Shown here in pieces: positions 27,827 through 43,628 of a stretch of DNA of 64,000 nucleotides (the stretch's first letter is position 1; each line of letters starts with the position of its first letter). The stretch lies in assembly GCA_964016885.1 (NCBI GenBank), contig OZ024743.1, positions 300,700,001-300,764,000 of the forward strand, written 5' to 3'. Source of the stretch: Eledone cirrhosa (taxonomy: Eukaryota). The notes under the pieces are model-generated. The model worked only from the letters and a program-made list of their open reading frames with translations. It did not search any database and was not told where the DNA came from. Position numbers and translations under genes: made by a program.

Positions 27827-28575
27827 CCTCGGGCCCTGTTCCCTGGATTTGACTCGAACACCTTCTCTTCCTCCCTGTGATCTCGTTGATTATCTTCCAT
27901 CTCTCCTTACATCCAAACCTGCCAACAGCTCTCTCTACACTATTGATCTTCTCTATCAGTGCCTCCTCTCTGGCCTCAGTGTAACCGGTACAGAGTTCTT
28001 CCCTCATTACCTCCACATTCTCCTTCATCTCCTCTGTATGATCAGCATAGTATTGGACCTTGGCAGCTTCCAGGTGTTCTCTGGCTGCATACACCTTTCT
28101 GTCTGCAGAGATGACGTGCTTCCTCTTGTTCTTTCTCCTCGGCACCAGAGACTCACTTGCTTCCGCCACTGCATGTTGCTGCTGTACGTGTCTGAGATTT
28201 GGACACTAACCAAGAAAATCACTTAGATGGGGGATGGTGTACACGAGAATGCTGTGGATGGCTCTGAATATTAATCAGTAAACTCTGAGGATGAAGAACT
28301 CAGAGCTGTACGGTAGCCTCCCAAATGACAGCTCAAAAGTGACACAGAGGAGACAGGTTAGCTGGACATGCTCACCAACATCCAGAGTTGACACTGCACT
28401 CACTGCTTCTATGGGAGCCCCTGCATGGACATACTGGAAGAGGAAGGCCGAGGTTAACATATGTTGATTCCCTAAGGACAGACACTGGTCTTTTGGAGAC
28501 GCAGGACTATGCAGCGATAATGAGTGACAGAGAACACTGGAGAGAACTCGTCCGTGGATTTCTGGAATTTTACCC
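27820..28575. mobile_element. RTE/RTE-X-like LINE fragment with an inverted 5' part
   Basis: About 28172-28575 (+): LLYVSEIWTLTK, YTRML, LLWEPLHGHTGRGRPRLTYVDSL. About 27820-28170 (-): WKIINEITGRK (EN-RT linker-like). Confidence 0.75.
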
Positions 28576-28772
28576 GCCCTAGATAATAGAGAGATATATG
28601 TATTTATATAGAGAGATAAAGTGGGAAGGTATGTATTACAGGATAACTGGCTTGAATTCCACATACGATAACTGCTGTCCATACATTAAAGCGCGACGCA
28701 CTAGATTTTGGCACAAAAGTTCCACGAATTTCAGTACCTAATCACATGATCATTCTCCGATTACCATATACA

Positions 28773-28855
<83 letters not shown>

Positions 28856-28936
28856 ATATTATATATATATATATTATATATATATATATTATATATATAT
28901 ACTATATATATATATATTATATATATATATATATAT

Positions 28937-29070
<134 letters not shown>

Positions 29071-29550
29071 ATATTATTCCGGGTTCAATCGGGGGTAACC
29101 ACAGTAAGTAAGGTACTCAATACTAGCAGAGTATACATGTTTTAATATAGGAAAGCTTATACAGGACTAGAACTGTTACATTCGTGAGATATCATCAGGA
29201 ATCTGACTGTCCAAGTAAATGTGGTGGTATTTAAATCTTGTCTGGTGGTAGGAGAGGGTGGGGATTGGGATGGGTGGAGGTCATTGGTTGATGGGTTTAA
29301 AGAAAATGGAATTCATTCCAAGCTGATTCTTTAAAGCTATAATTCATATTAAGTGTGACAAAGGCAGATGAATACTGTAAACATATTCAAATTGGAATAT
29401 TTTTAGTTCCTTTATGTATATCTATATATATACATATATAGTAATAATAATACATTTGAAGACTAAAATCCAAAGAGGGCTCGATAAGGATAAATATATA
29501 TCAAATATATAAGAACCTTAGAGCAAATTAAACTTTAATCTGTTATTTTA

Positions 29551-29697
<147 letters not shown>

Positions 29698-29758
29698 TAT
29701 ATACCTATAAATACATATACACAGATACATATACATACACACACATACACAAACATGC

Positions 29759-29796
<38 letters not shown>

Positions 29797-29831
29797 ATAG
29801 TAATAATAATACATTTGAAGACTAAAACTTA

Positions 29832-29943
29832 TTTTGAAATATCCACTTCTGCGTTTACTGATTGACTTTGTTAGTTTCAGAATATCCCGCTAAGGGTGAA
29901 AGCACCGATTCTTTGCTTAAACTTTAATCTGTTATTTTAATAA

Positions 29944-29986
<43 letters not shown>

Positions 29987-30089
29987 TAACACATTAAAGT
30001 TTAAGAAAAGCATCGCTGCTTTAACCCTTAACGGGATCTTCTGAAACTAACAAAGTCAATCTGTAAACGCAGAAGTGGATATTTCAAAA
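29832..30089. repeat. Imperfect inverted repeat (about 110-bp arms) around a (TA)n core
   Basis: ttttgaaatatccacttctgcgtttac...(TA)n...gtaaacgcagaagtggatatttcaaaa. Confidence 0.9.
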
Positions 30090-30203
30090 AACGTTGCAAC
30101 CAGAGGAAGACAGGAAGACGATACTTTGGTTCGTGGTAACGTTCGCTGGCAAAGAACGAGAAAAAACGAATAAGAAACGTCATTAATAGGAGCGGTGAAA
30201 AGC

Positions 30204-30484
<281 letters not shown>

Positions 30485-30505
30485 ATACATATATATATAT
30501 ATACT

Positions 30506-30615
<110 letters not shown>

Positions 30616-30949
30616 TATATATATTTCGCTTCTGAACTTGTTTAGCAATATATGAACAGCCGTCCGGTTATAGAACCAACCAACCAACCGGAAATTTATA
30701 AATTCTTAAATTTATAAATTTAATCTATAATAAATTGGAGTGAAAGCACTGGTGCGTGTGTTTTTCTTGGCAACGTGACCCTCCCAAAGCATAACCATAT
30801 ATATATATATATATAGTGGTAGATCACTGGAAGATAATATCAGTAGTGGTAGAGCACTCAGTCCATGGGATGAGTTAGGTAGAAGTGGTTACACAACAGT
30901 TAGTTCATCATACCGAGTAGAATTGTTTCACCTTAACGAACCCTCAGCT

Positions 30950-31232
30950 CTAAATGGACGCCACCTGGCGTTTTGAGCCACTTTTTTCCATATAAAACAA
31001 GTAACATTCAAAGACCTACCAGATGTGAGAAAAACGACTGACCATCCATCTCAACTCTACTTTTGAAAAGCAGAAGAACTGCGAAACCGGTAAAGGAACC
31101 AAATAAATATAGATATTTAAAAAAAAAATACGACTCGGGTTGCATTTTCGATTTCATCTTTTTCTCTTTATACTTTCACCCGTGTAGGACACCTCGGTTA
31201 TTTTTCGTTTATTAAAAAAACTTCACTTTCTA
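30950..31232. mobile_element. Probable DNA-transposon end fragment
   Basis: 31141-31230 is the reverse complement of about 63470-63562, and 30963-31000 is a direct match to about 63964-64000. Confidence 0.55.
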
Positions 31233-31528
31233 ATAATATATATATATATATATATACACAACACACATATATACACATATACATACACACACATATATAA
31301 ATATACACATACACACGCATATATATACATATATTCATTCATACATATATATATATACACGCATATACACACATATACACACATATACACAAATATACAC
31401 ACATATGTGGATATATATATGTGTGTATATATACATATATAAATATATGTATATATACACATACATATATACATAATTATACACACATATATATATATAT
31501 ATAAACATACATTAACATACATACACAG

Positions 31529-31591
<63 letters not shown>

Positions 31592-31654
31592 TATATATAC
31601 ACATATATACACACATATATATTTACATACACACACACACACACACACACACAC

Positions 31655-31711
<57 letters not shown>

Positions 31712-32257
31712 CAAATAAAATACAACGTTACTAAATCATATTGATACCCTGCAATTAACAAGCTCAAAGTATAAATTCCGAGCATTATATAATGTAGAAA
31801 TAAACACGGCAAATTGTGTGTCTAAAATTACGAGGATAGCCTACGGTTTATCTGTTACAAAAACAATTTTCAGGGCGAAACAAATTGAATCTCTAATCTG
31901 TCCGAGAGATGAAATAGTTATTGAGACCATCTGTATATATATATTCTACATCTTCCGTTAACTTCAGGTTAAATTTATCAAACCAATGTGGTATTTCAAC
32001 CCTCGTAATTTTAGACACATTTACTGTGTTTATTTCTACATATATTATTATTATTATTATATATATTTATATATATATACACAAACAGATACATAAATAT
32101 ATACATACATATATATATATACACACATACACATACATACATATACATACACGTACATACATATATATATGTATGTACGTGTATATACACAAACAGATAC
32201 ATAAACTTATACATACATATATATACACACATACACATACATACATATACATACACG

Positions 32258-32347
<90 letters not shown>

Positions 32348-32425
32348 TTATTGAGCCCTCTGCCGCTCATTTCGAATTTTGTTTATCGTGAACTCGTGCG
32401 CTGATTTTTCGATACTCGATTATTC

Positions 32426-32499
<74 letters not shown>

Positions 32500-32811
32500 G
32501 ACGTGTTCATTTCTAAGTGTATGTACCCCAAAATGTTTATGTTATTGCATATTAATTTTTATGACTATCTACAACCGTATCCCCAATTATCTACAACCGT
32601 ATTTCCAATTATATATATATATATATATATTAAAGCACTCAGTGTAAAGTACTTGAATGTTCAATTTTCCTTAGTCGTCTCTCCAGGCATTACTTCATTT
32701 CATATTTATTTAAATTAATTCAAAGTATACTCCTCCATAATTTCGTTAAACAATATTAGGCAGCTATGCAATAAATTGCGTTGAACATTCATATCTATCT
32801 ATCTATCTATA

Positions 32812-32842
<31 letters not shown>

Positions 32843-32935
32843 TATCTATCCATCTATCTATGTATCTATCTATCTATATGCCTATCTTTCTATCTATCTT
32901 ACTATCTATCTTTCTATCTATCTATCTATCTGTCT

Positions 32936-35900
32936 TAGCTTAGAAGTTCTGGTTCAAATGAGACCAGAAAGGATAGCTAGAATACCACAACGTGTGCCGC
33001 TGGATGGAAATTCCTACACAAACATTTCTGTTGAGGGTAGGTGGCCTTCATGTTACCACTGTTTAAACAGTGGTCACCTGAGGGCTTCCTGTCCTCAATT
33101 AACTGCAGTAAAAATAGGCACTACTGCCGACACCCAACACAACAACACAACCACCACCACCACAACAACAACACACAAAAACAAACCAAACTGCAAACAC
33201 AGTCCCACCCAACCCCTCCCCACGTAAAACAACTCCAGAAACAACCACACACATAACAGCTCCTCAAAATGTTCCTCTCCCCAACAACACGGATGAGGTC
33301 TCATCATCGTCACGCAGTGACGATGAGGGAGAGCCTTTCCGACCGTTAAAGAGAAAAAAGAAAAGACATAACACAAACAAAAATGCAACAAACACACACA
33401 CACCAATACAAGCGACGCAGACATCACAAACAAAAACAACCCCTCCTGTAAACAAAACACCTACTACAAAACGTAAACACACACAAGAACCACATAAAAA
33501 AAGCTACACAACAAAACAAAAATGTTACACCTACATAAATACTAACAATAAAACTTTAACAGACACCATATATCAAAACCCTTCGGTGGAGACCGAAGGG
33601 AAAACTTTTACACACTCTGTGTAGAATCCTAAACTTAAAATGATTAGGATCTCCATGGACAAACATAAACAGTTAAAAGAAAAATATCCTAACGACGTAG
33701 GTAACCCCTGCGTCAAACCCTATAACCGCGTCCTTTTGAAATGTTTCCCCATCCCCACATCATACACCCCAACCCCCCCGACACCCCTCCCCACCAACAT
33801 ATCCGTCCCCACCCCACCAGAGACCACCACCCCACCAAACAACCCCTCCGACACCCCCATGGAAATTGTGCAGCCTGGTCCCCAGGAAACGAAGAGGTGA
33901 GTGATTTCTTTTCATCTTCTTTTACCTTTTCAGCACCAACATGGCCAATATAAGAGTTGAATGTGTGAATGTACGCGGCCTGGGGGTGCCCTAGAAACAG
34001 AGCAAGCTCTTAAACAACCTCAGGTCGCACAGTATGGATGTAGTAGACATTTGCGTGTCCAGGATCCACAGCGAGCGACAACTGGCCCCCATCTTCGACG
34101 ACTTTGAGATCTACGCATCTCGCTGTCAGCCGGGAGGTGGGGGTGGGGTGTCGATTTTGCTGCGGAAAGACCTGGAGCTCGTAACACAGACGGTAGATCT
34201 GGACCCGGAAGGTCGACTGGTGGTCCTAGACGTTGACGGTAGTGAAGGTGGAGTCTTCAGGCTGGTGACCGCATATGCCCCATCCGGGACACCGTGGCCA
34301 GATTTCTTCAAACGTCTAGAGACTTTTCTGGGAACGTCCCGTTCCCTGCTGTTAGTGGCGGACTGGAATGGAATCCTAGATGCTCGTTGGGACTATGTGG
34401 GAGCATGTCCCGATAGAGGGGGGTGTAACAGCCTCAAACAGTTAACCGGCCGATTTGACCTGGCCGATAGATATCGACTAGATTTTCCGACTGTGCCACT
34501 GCGGACGTGGACTAATTTGAGCGGAACATCTAGATCGTACCTAGATAAGATTCTAGTTAGAAAGAAGGATAGGGACATGTTAAGCTGTCCACAAATGTTC
34601 ATGGTTGCCTATTCAGATCACAAATTAGTGACCTGCTTAGTCAACCTTGATAAAATCCATAGATAGGGACCCGGCTACTGGAAGCTGAACTTGTCGTTAC
34701 CGACATGCACAGCCTACAGTAGACGGATTAGCACTTTAGTTAAGCAGCACTTGACGGGGGCCATTGTCAACAACAGATGGTGGTACTATCTCAAGGGGGC
34801 AGTTAGGTTAGACTCGGTAGGTTTTAGTAAAGAATTAGTGTTAGATAGAAATAAGACCGAAAGGGAACTGGTAGATAAAGTAGAAGATGTTCTTAGGAGT
34901 GGCAACGTAGCCAGCGTGCTAGCGACGAGAACGGCCTTGGACCCGTTCTTCGACGCAAAGCATGAAGGCTGCCTTGTCAGAAGCAAAATACGTGCTCTGG
35001 GAAACGAGGGAGCCAAAGCTGTTAGCTGGGCCCGAGTGACGGAGCGAAAAGTGGCAACAAGTCCACGATTCGGTCTTTGAAGGACCAAGACGGACGCGTG
35101 ATACGAGAGCCGAAGCAGATGTGTGCGTCCTTTCAGCGGCACTTTGCTCAACTGTTCGGGCAGGGCGGGGCGCCGGGAGGGGCTATGGATTTCGGTTCAT
35201 AACTCGACGGCCTACCGCGACTCTCGGACAGCGAGGCGAAGTTCTGCGAAAGGCCGATTTCGGCCGCTGAGATTGGAGACGCGCTGAGCCAATGCAGCAA
35301 ACGCAAATCTCCAGGTCTCGACGGTCTACCTTACGAATTTTACGTAGCAATGCCGGACTTGTTCTTCGGTCTCCTGGAAGCGGTCTACTGCAACTGGCAG
35401 CAAAACGGGAGAATTCCCAGTTCTGTGACCAAGGGCGTAAGTCAGGAAGGACGAGAGCAAGGGTATGACATAGGCAACTTCCGGCCCATAACTGCTCAAC
35501 ACAGAGTTACAGATGTTGGCCAAGGTGTTGGCAAAGAGGCTGGCGCTTGTCGTCGAAAACCTGGTGGGAGAAGCGCAGACATGCGCAATCCCAATCAGGT
35601 CCATACACGACAACCTCCACCTCATGCGATACATCATAGAGAGGGTAGGGTTAAACCCGGCTTCGGTGGAGCCCTGATCAACTTGGATAAGTCTACGGCT
35701 TTCGATAGGGTTGACCATCGTTACCTGGATGCAGTGCTCGAGGCGGTAGGTTTCGGTCCCGTGTTCAGGGGCTGGATTGCCGCAATGCACAACAGCAACA
35801 TATGCTCAAGGGTCAAGGTGAACGGCTACCTCTCGGAGCCGTTCCATATCACGCGATCCATCCGACAGGGATGCCTTCTCTCATCCCTTCTGTACGTACT

Positions 35901-37512
35901 GACTTTCGAGCCACTACTGCGGAAGTTGGAGCTATTGCAGGGCATCCCTTTGGAACCGGGTCTGAGAAAGCGGCGTCGGCCTACGCCGGCGACGTGATAG
36001 TAATGGTGTCGAGCACCTCGCAAGTCGGGGAGATCGGCACCTTACTGGAGGAATTCGAAATGTTCACAGGAGCGAAGCTGAAATGGGACAAATCCGTCGG
36101 TTTGCAACTCGGAACGTGGAGAGGCAAACCGATGTCTTCCGTTGACGTCGTCGGACGCTGGACGGAAGGACCGGTAAAGCTGCTCGGGGTCTGGTTTGGT
36201 CCTGACCTCCAGGTGGAGAAGAACTGGAACGAGGTGACGGCCAAGGTGTTTGCGCTCACCCAGAAGTTGGCCGAGTGCAAACTATCCTTGAAAGGTCGAG
36301 CGGAGGTGGTGAACATTTTTATAGCGTCCGTCATCTACTACCGCTTGACTGTTGTGCCTTGTACAACCAAAACGCTCACCAAAATGGAGCGCGCGCTCTT
36401 CCAATTCATTTTGAAGAAACGGGCTCCTTTGGTGAGAAGATTCATTTGTTGCCAACACCCTTCAAACGGAGGGCTGGGGAAGCCGTGGCTGACGATGCAC
36501 AAACACGCGCTCAGGCTGCAGCACCTCCACGTATTCCTCACCAGAAAACCGGCGTGGGCCCCGTTCGCAAGGCGAGCCTTCTCACGACTCGTCTCGCTGA
36601 CCGGACTACAGTCCTGCGTCAAGCACAGACCGAGGAAAACATTCTGTAGAGGGTTGGTCCGCAGCAGGTGCGACGACACGCTCGGAGAAACTCTAGCCGT
36701 AGAGGTGGACGAACTGGCCAGTCTGTTCGGTAGGACCTTCCGCCCGGGAACAATGGACAACTTCCAAAAGTCCCTGGCCTGTCAGTGCTACCGAGGAGCT
36801 CTACCAGTTCGAGACATGCTCTTCAGACACGGGCGCCCGGGTAGGGACTCTTTAAAAAAGATCTTTCCGACATGCGTGCGCGACGAGGAAACCGTCGCAC
36901 ACGCATTTGTACACTGCCCGGGCGTTACCGACCTGTGGGGCTATGTAGAACGACTATTATCGCGGGTGGGACCAATCCAGTTGACCACCGAGTCCATTGT
37001 CATGATCAAACCGCCACTCTACTTCAAAAACGAGGGAGAGAGGTTTTTCTATGTGTTATGGCTATGGTGAAAGAGGTTATATGGTGGACGAGGTTAAAAG
37101 GGCTGAGGTCAGACACCTTTCTCTCCGGCGAGCAACTGATTCGTTTTTTCAAATATCATTTTGGAAGAAGAATCAGGATGAAAAGAGAGGTGATGTACCC
37201 CAGCAAATTTTATAAAAGGTGGGTGAATGTGGCAAAGATGGTCCGGGTGGTTGGGCCTTCTCTCTATATAAGCCTGTAGGTTGAGGAAAATGAGGAAGAG
37301 AGGAAGGGAGTACTCACTCTTGGTGCTCCTGGAGATGAGGGTTGTACAATTTTTCGGGGTGTGTACAACCCCTGTGTAACACCTCCTCCCTATTGGGGAT
37401 TTCAATTGTTATTTGTTATTGTATTAATAGTTTTATTTTCATATACCTGTATGTAAACTCCCGATTTGTATTTGTCCCATTCTTCTGTGCCCTCGTGGCT
37501 AATAAAGAAATT
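32936..37512 (+). mobile_element. Tx1-clade LINE, family B copy 3 (5'-truncated) with a 17-bp TSD in (TATC)n
   Basis: ORF1 knuckle CYHCLNSGHLRASCP. ORF2 starts at ATG 33941 with APE (SYLDKIL, YSDH), RT (AYAGD) and a C-terminal CPTC..ETVAHAFVHC. It ends in aataaagaaa. TSD tatctatctatctgtct at 32919-32935 and 37513-37529. Confidence 0.93.
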
Positions 37513-37669
37513 TATCTATCTATCTGTCTATTTATCTATCATGTTATCGACCTACCTATCTATCTATCTATCCATTTATCTACATACGCACACACACACA
37601 ATCGCACGCGCACACACACACAAACACACACACACACACAGAGACACACACTCACACACACATACACAC

Positions 37670-37725
<56 letters not shown>

Positions 37726-38539
37726 GTCTTTTTGTCAGCTGCTACGTAGATTTGTACTGTTTTTATTACCGTTGTACATGTCCGAAGATAGAAAATTTGG
37801 TAAATATCCATATGTATATATATATATTGAGTTAAGAAAACAGGGTAGTATCTTACAATTAAATAGCTCTAAGAAAAAAGCTTTTCCGAGCCGTACGATA
37901 TAATTGAATAAACAAGAGAGATGAACACTAATATAATAATACATGTGTTCGAATCGTAAGGACAACATTTGCTAGGGTGAAAACAATACTATCTACAGCA
38001 ATATAGTGTGTTATCCTTAACTTTAAATATTAAATCAAGAAAAATAAAGAAAAATAACAGATCTATATTGGACAAAAATGCCTGGTAACAACTAATTATA
38101 ACAACTATGTATACAAATATATTTATAACCATACAATGGCAGATAGATAAGTGATTAAGATTTAGTGGGCTAACTATGTATATATAAATATATATATGAA
38201 AATATACCCTCACATAAACGCAGACAAACACACACTCCTACACACATACACACACACGTATATATGTAAATACATGTGTGTGTTTGTGTGTGTATATATA
38301 CGTATATATACGTATATATAGATGTTATTATAGTACATAAAGATAATATATTAGTCGGGGAACTTCAGCAATAAATGTGATAAATAATATACATATATAT
38401 GTCATTTCTACTTGGGTATTGAGAACTTCTCGTGTCTGTAAAACAAAACCTACTGATGTACATAAATAGGGTTAGTATATACATATACATACATATACAT
38501 ACACACACACGCACACATATATATATATATACATATATC

Positions 38540-38684
<145 letters not shown>

Positions 38685-38693
38685 ATATATTTA

Positions 38694-38750
<57 letters not shown>

Positions 38751-38763
38751 TATATATATAAAT

Positions 38764-38806
<43 letters not shown>

Positions 38807-39305
38807 AATATATTTACATATGTACATTAATATGTGTGTGTTCGTGTTTGTGAATATATATATATAAATTTATATATATATATTGTGATAGAGAGGGGGT
38901 AGATATTTAAATATTTGCTCTCTTGCTTCTGTGTGTTTGTTATGTTTATGTAAGAAGTTCATGCAAGTGAAGCCCATTATACTCTTTGTAAAATGATGTG
39001 GAATGTGTGCGTTCCCCGTGCATGGTTTGAATACGTATGTCTGTATGTATTAGATTGAAATAATGTAATGAATATATACGTGCGATTTTCGTGATGTTAA
39101 TGCGGAAAGTACTTCAAAATATCTCTTCACTCATATTATTCTCATATTAAAAATAATCTTCCTATGTCCAATCATATTAATAATTAGATAGAAACTATTA
39201 ATCAATATACAGTTTCACAAAACAGTGTTTAAAAAAATCGCATATTTCGATAAATGATAGCACATCACATTTAGATACATAAAGACACACACTCACTCGC
39301 ACACA

Positions 39306-39343
<38 letters not shown>

Positions 39344-40141
39344 CCCCACACATACACACACACAGACACACATATATATATATATATATATTTGTGTATG
39401 TGTGTGATTATATATATATTATTATATTTTCTTAACAAATTATATTGCTCGTTAGTGTAACGTAGTGTATTGGACACATGCAATCTATGTTTAAAGTAAT
39501 GTCGAGGAAAAATTATTTAGTGTTGAATAAAATTACTATTTATTTGTGTTTGAAGCTTCCAAATTTCAGATCGTAGAACGAATTGCCTTAAGCTATTTTT
39601 GGGGCCATATTCCGCCACCAGTACAGGAACCTTATTTAATTTTCGCGCTGCAAAATGTAGAATTTTTGTTTCCGACGTCTGCTTCTGCAGTCGAAATACA
39701 GCTTTGGCCTATGAATGAATGACACGCATATTTTCATGTTCTCTGTTATTTTATCTTACTGACCACTAACTGTTATATATATATATATTTATATATAACA
39801 GTTAGTGATATATATATATATGTGTGTGTGGGGGGAGGTATGGGTGTGGGTGTGGATGAGTGTGTGTGTGTGTTTGTGTGTTTGTGTGTTTGTGTTTGTG
39901 TCTGTGTGTGTGTGTGTGTGTGTGTGTTTAATTATACATTTGTTGTAGAAATAAAAAAAAGTCGAATAATCAGATAATGTCGAGTAGCCAAAAAACTCGT
40001 TTCAATTAACTCCCCATTAAAGCGACTTGTGAAAAGGGAACACGCCAAACCTGCATAATGATTTATGTGTCTTCATCTTAAAACAACTGGTAGTGAGTAT
40101 GTATGATTGTATATGTGTATGTATGTATGTATGTATGTATG

Positions 40142-40213
<72 letters not shown>

Positions 40214-40419
40214 TATCTGAGGGTGTGTCCGTTTGTGTAGTGAGTTTGTGGTGTGTGTGTGATTGAGCGTGAATATTTCCCTTGTAAACATCTGCATATG
40301 TTTATGCAGGATTATATACGATAGAATTCTATGTATGTTTCTATCCGTTTCTATCTAAACATTGTTACACATTACAACACACAGGCACAGACACACACAT
40401 GTATATATATATGTATATG

Positions 40420-40491
<72 letters not shown>

Positions 40492-40509
40492 TATATATAT
40501 ATGTATATG

Positions 40510-40575
<66 letters not shown>

Positions 40576-40579
40576 TAAA

Positions 40580-40625
<46 letters not shown>

Positions 40626-40866
40626 TACGTTACATTGTAAAATACATTTCATTTACATCTACTAATTTTGTGTAATTACACGTTCTTAACAAAACTGAAA
40701 TAAAAATATTTGTATGATAAACGTGTAGTGAGGGTTGTTTGATGAATATTATAACATAGTGATGAGAGTTGTACAAACCTATCACTATATACTTTGCGTT
40801 GATATTTCTTTTATTCTCCACATAATATAGTATATTTGTAAAAGTTGACAACCAGCTATATATATA

Positions 40867-40909
<43 letters not shown>

Positions 40910-40910
40910 A

Positions 40911-41065
40911 TATACTTTGGTTGGGTGGGGGAGGGGGGGGTCATGTTGCCAATATTTCACTCCAATTAATTATAAATTTAAAAAAAATTTTAATTTACAA
41001 TCAGTTTTAGTGAATGAAACTGGTGCGTGTGTTTCTTATTGGCAACATGACCCTCCCAAAGTATA
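40911..41065. mobile_element. MITE-like element with terminal inverted repeats
   Basis: tatactttgg..gggtcatgttgccaata / tattggcaacatgaccctcccaaagtata. A related partial copy lies at about 30700-30795. Confidence 0.65.
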
Positions 41066-41126
41066 ACAGTATCGGTTTCAACACACGTTTTCAGATAAAG
41101 ACTCCTGCTAAACAAATTCAGAAACG

Positions 41127-41208
<82 letters not shown>

Positions 41209-41211
41209 GTT

Positions 41212-41246
<35 letters not shown>

Positions 41247-41307
41247 GTACATATATATATATATGTATATATATATAAATATATAAATATTTATAAATAT
41301 ATATATA

Positions 41308-41398
<91 letters not shown>

Positions 41399-41604
41399 GT
41401 ATATATAAATATATGCACGTATATATTATGAAATTTATAGTTTTACTGGTATTAGGCATTGAACTGCGGCCATGCTGGGGTGTTTTATTATGTATGATTA
41501 CATATATGGAAAAAAGTTGATAAGAACAAAATTATATAACATTTCTATATATATTTGACATTAATATCGGTTTTCTCATGTTTCTATACACACAAAGACA
41601 CATG

Positions 41605-41769
<165 letters not shown>

Positions 41770-41905
41770 TATATAGATGTGTGTGTTTATGTATTTATGC
41801 GTTTGCAGTTTTATATTCGTTTATACATTTATATTCTTTCAAATATACCCTGGCTATACGTACAAGCGATCGAACGTACTGAAGTATTATATATATATAC
41901 ATATT

Positions 41906-42009
<104 letters not shown>

Positions 42010-42118
42010 TATATATACATATGTATATGTGAATGTATGAACGTATGTGTATATAAATGCATATATTTATATATATATATATATTCTCTTCATATATGTG
42101 CCACCACGTATGGATCCA

Positions 42119-42199
<81 letters not shown>

Positions 42200-42293
42200 G
42201 TATATATATCTGCGTGTGTATGTTCCTCCAAATGAGGTATTTGTTATATGTTTCTCTCCACCACCATCTATAAAGTATTCTTCTCTATCAAAC

Positions 42294-42569
42294 TCATTCA
42301 ATCTTTGCTTCCTTATTAATAATTTTATTTGCGTAACACTTGTGTCCACATTGGCATTTTTTGATCCACATGAACGATAGAAACACGCGTTCGCGTTTGG
42401 AGCATTCAAATTCAATCGTCCGATGACGTGTTAATTGTGGATAACAACAGCGGTTAAGTTTACAGTTTGAACAAAACTTGAGGCGATATTCCTTCACGCT
42501 GCGGCAATCTTGAAATACGATGCGGTATTTTTCATGAGCCTTTGCTGTCGGTGTGCATTTATGTCGATT
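42294..42569 (-). CDS. Terminal exon of a CCN-family (CTGF/CYR61/NOV-like) gene, C-terminal cystine-knot domain
   Basis: NRHKCTPT...[24 protein letters not shown]...IEFECS...[13 protein letters not shown] matches the CCN CT pattern C..GC.S.K.YR.KFCG.C...RCC.P....F.C.......M.I..C.C...C. The acceptor ttttatcgtttcAG is phase 0 and the stop is TGA at 42294-42296. Confidence 0.9.
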   Translation of the reverse strand, partial: NRHKCTPTAKAHEKYRIVFQDCRSVKEYRLKFCSNCKLNRCCYPQLTRHRTIEFECSKRERVFLSFMWIKKCQCGHKCYANKIINKEAKIE

Positions 42570-42775
42570 CTGAAACGATAAAACGAAATAAAAATTATTA
42601 TTATAATATTTATTCATTTACAAATATGTGTACTCTATAATATATACAATGCGTTGGGAGGACATTGTATGTTCACGTTCCAATGGATAGAAATAGCTAG
42701 ACATTCTATACAATATACATCATATTGGTTCAGCTGTACATTCTCTGATTTCTCCCTCTCTTTATCTCTCCCTTC

Positions 42776-42845
<70 letters not shown>

Positions 42846-42966
42846 ATAGGAAAAAGTATGACCTCTGCCCTAGGGGTCATACTTTTTTCCTATATCCCAC
42901 TCTACTACCCTAAGTATTGAGTATTCTGGTGCGTTATGGTCCATCTGGTTCCTTACCACAATTCCT

Positions 42967-43021
<55 letters not shown>

Positions 43022-43169
43022 GTGTGTGTGTGAGTGTATGTGTATGTGTGTGTGGATGAGTGTCTGTGTGTGTATAGATGTGCGTGTGTTTGTGCGTGTT
43101 TGTGTGTACTTGTGTGAGTGCGTGTGCGTTTGTGTATATACACAGTTAAGTTCTAAATGCTTCGAGTAT

Positions 43170-43628
43170 TGTCCACCAGCAGAGGGCGTTAGCGCCGGTG
43201 TATTTTACATAGCTACGGCTTTCTAAATGTTTACCTGTAAACATACCGTGTTTCTTTATAAATACGAAATGTCTATACATATCTGTATACAGCTATGACT
43301 GAAGCTATATCTTAATTCCATTCTATTACATGTTGAGCCAACTTATGCAGCTTCATATGCAAATGAGATTAACCACATTATTTGCACATACGAGAAAAAA
43401 TAATATTCTCGACTGTTTTCAAGTCCAGCCTTCGCACGTGTAGGAGCGATCATGCTAATGAGGACCAGTTAAGTCCGAAATGCATCGACGATTGTCCCCT
43501 TGCTTCTGGCGGTCACCATCAGAGGGCGTTACTCCCGGTGTTTTTTGCATAGCTACGGCTTTCTAAATGTTTACTGAAATTCCTATACATATCTGAATAC
43601 AGCTATGCTTGAAGCTAAATCCTAATTC

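Noticed and set aside
32078-32275. Tandem duplication of about 100 bp
   Set aside because: Low-complexity AC/AT slippage product.
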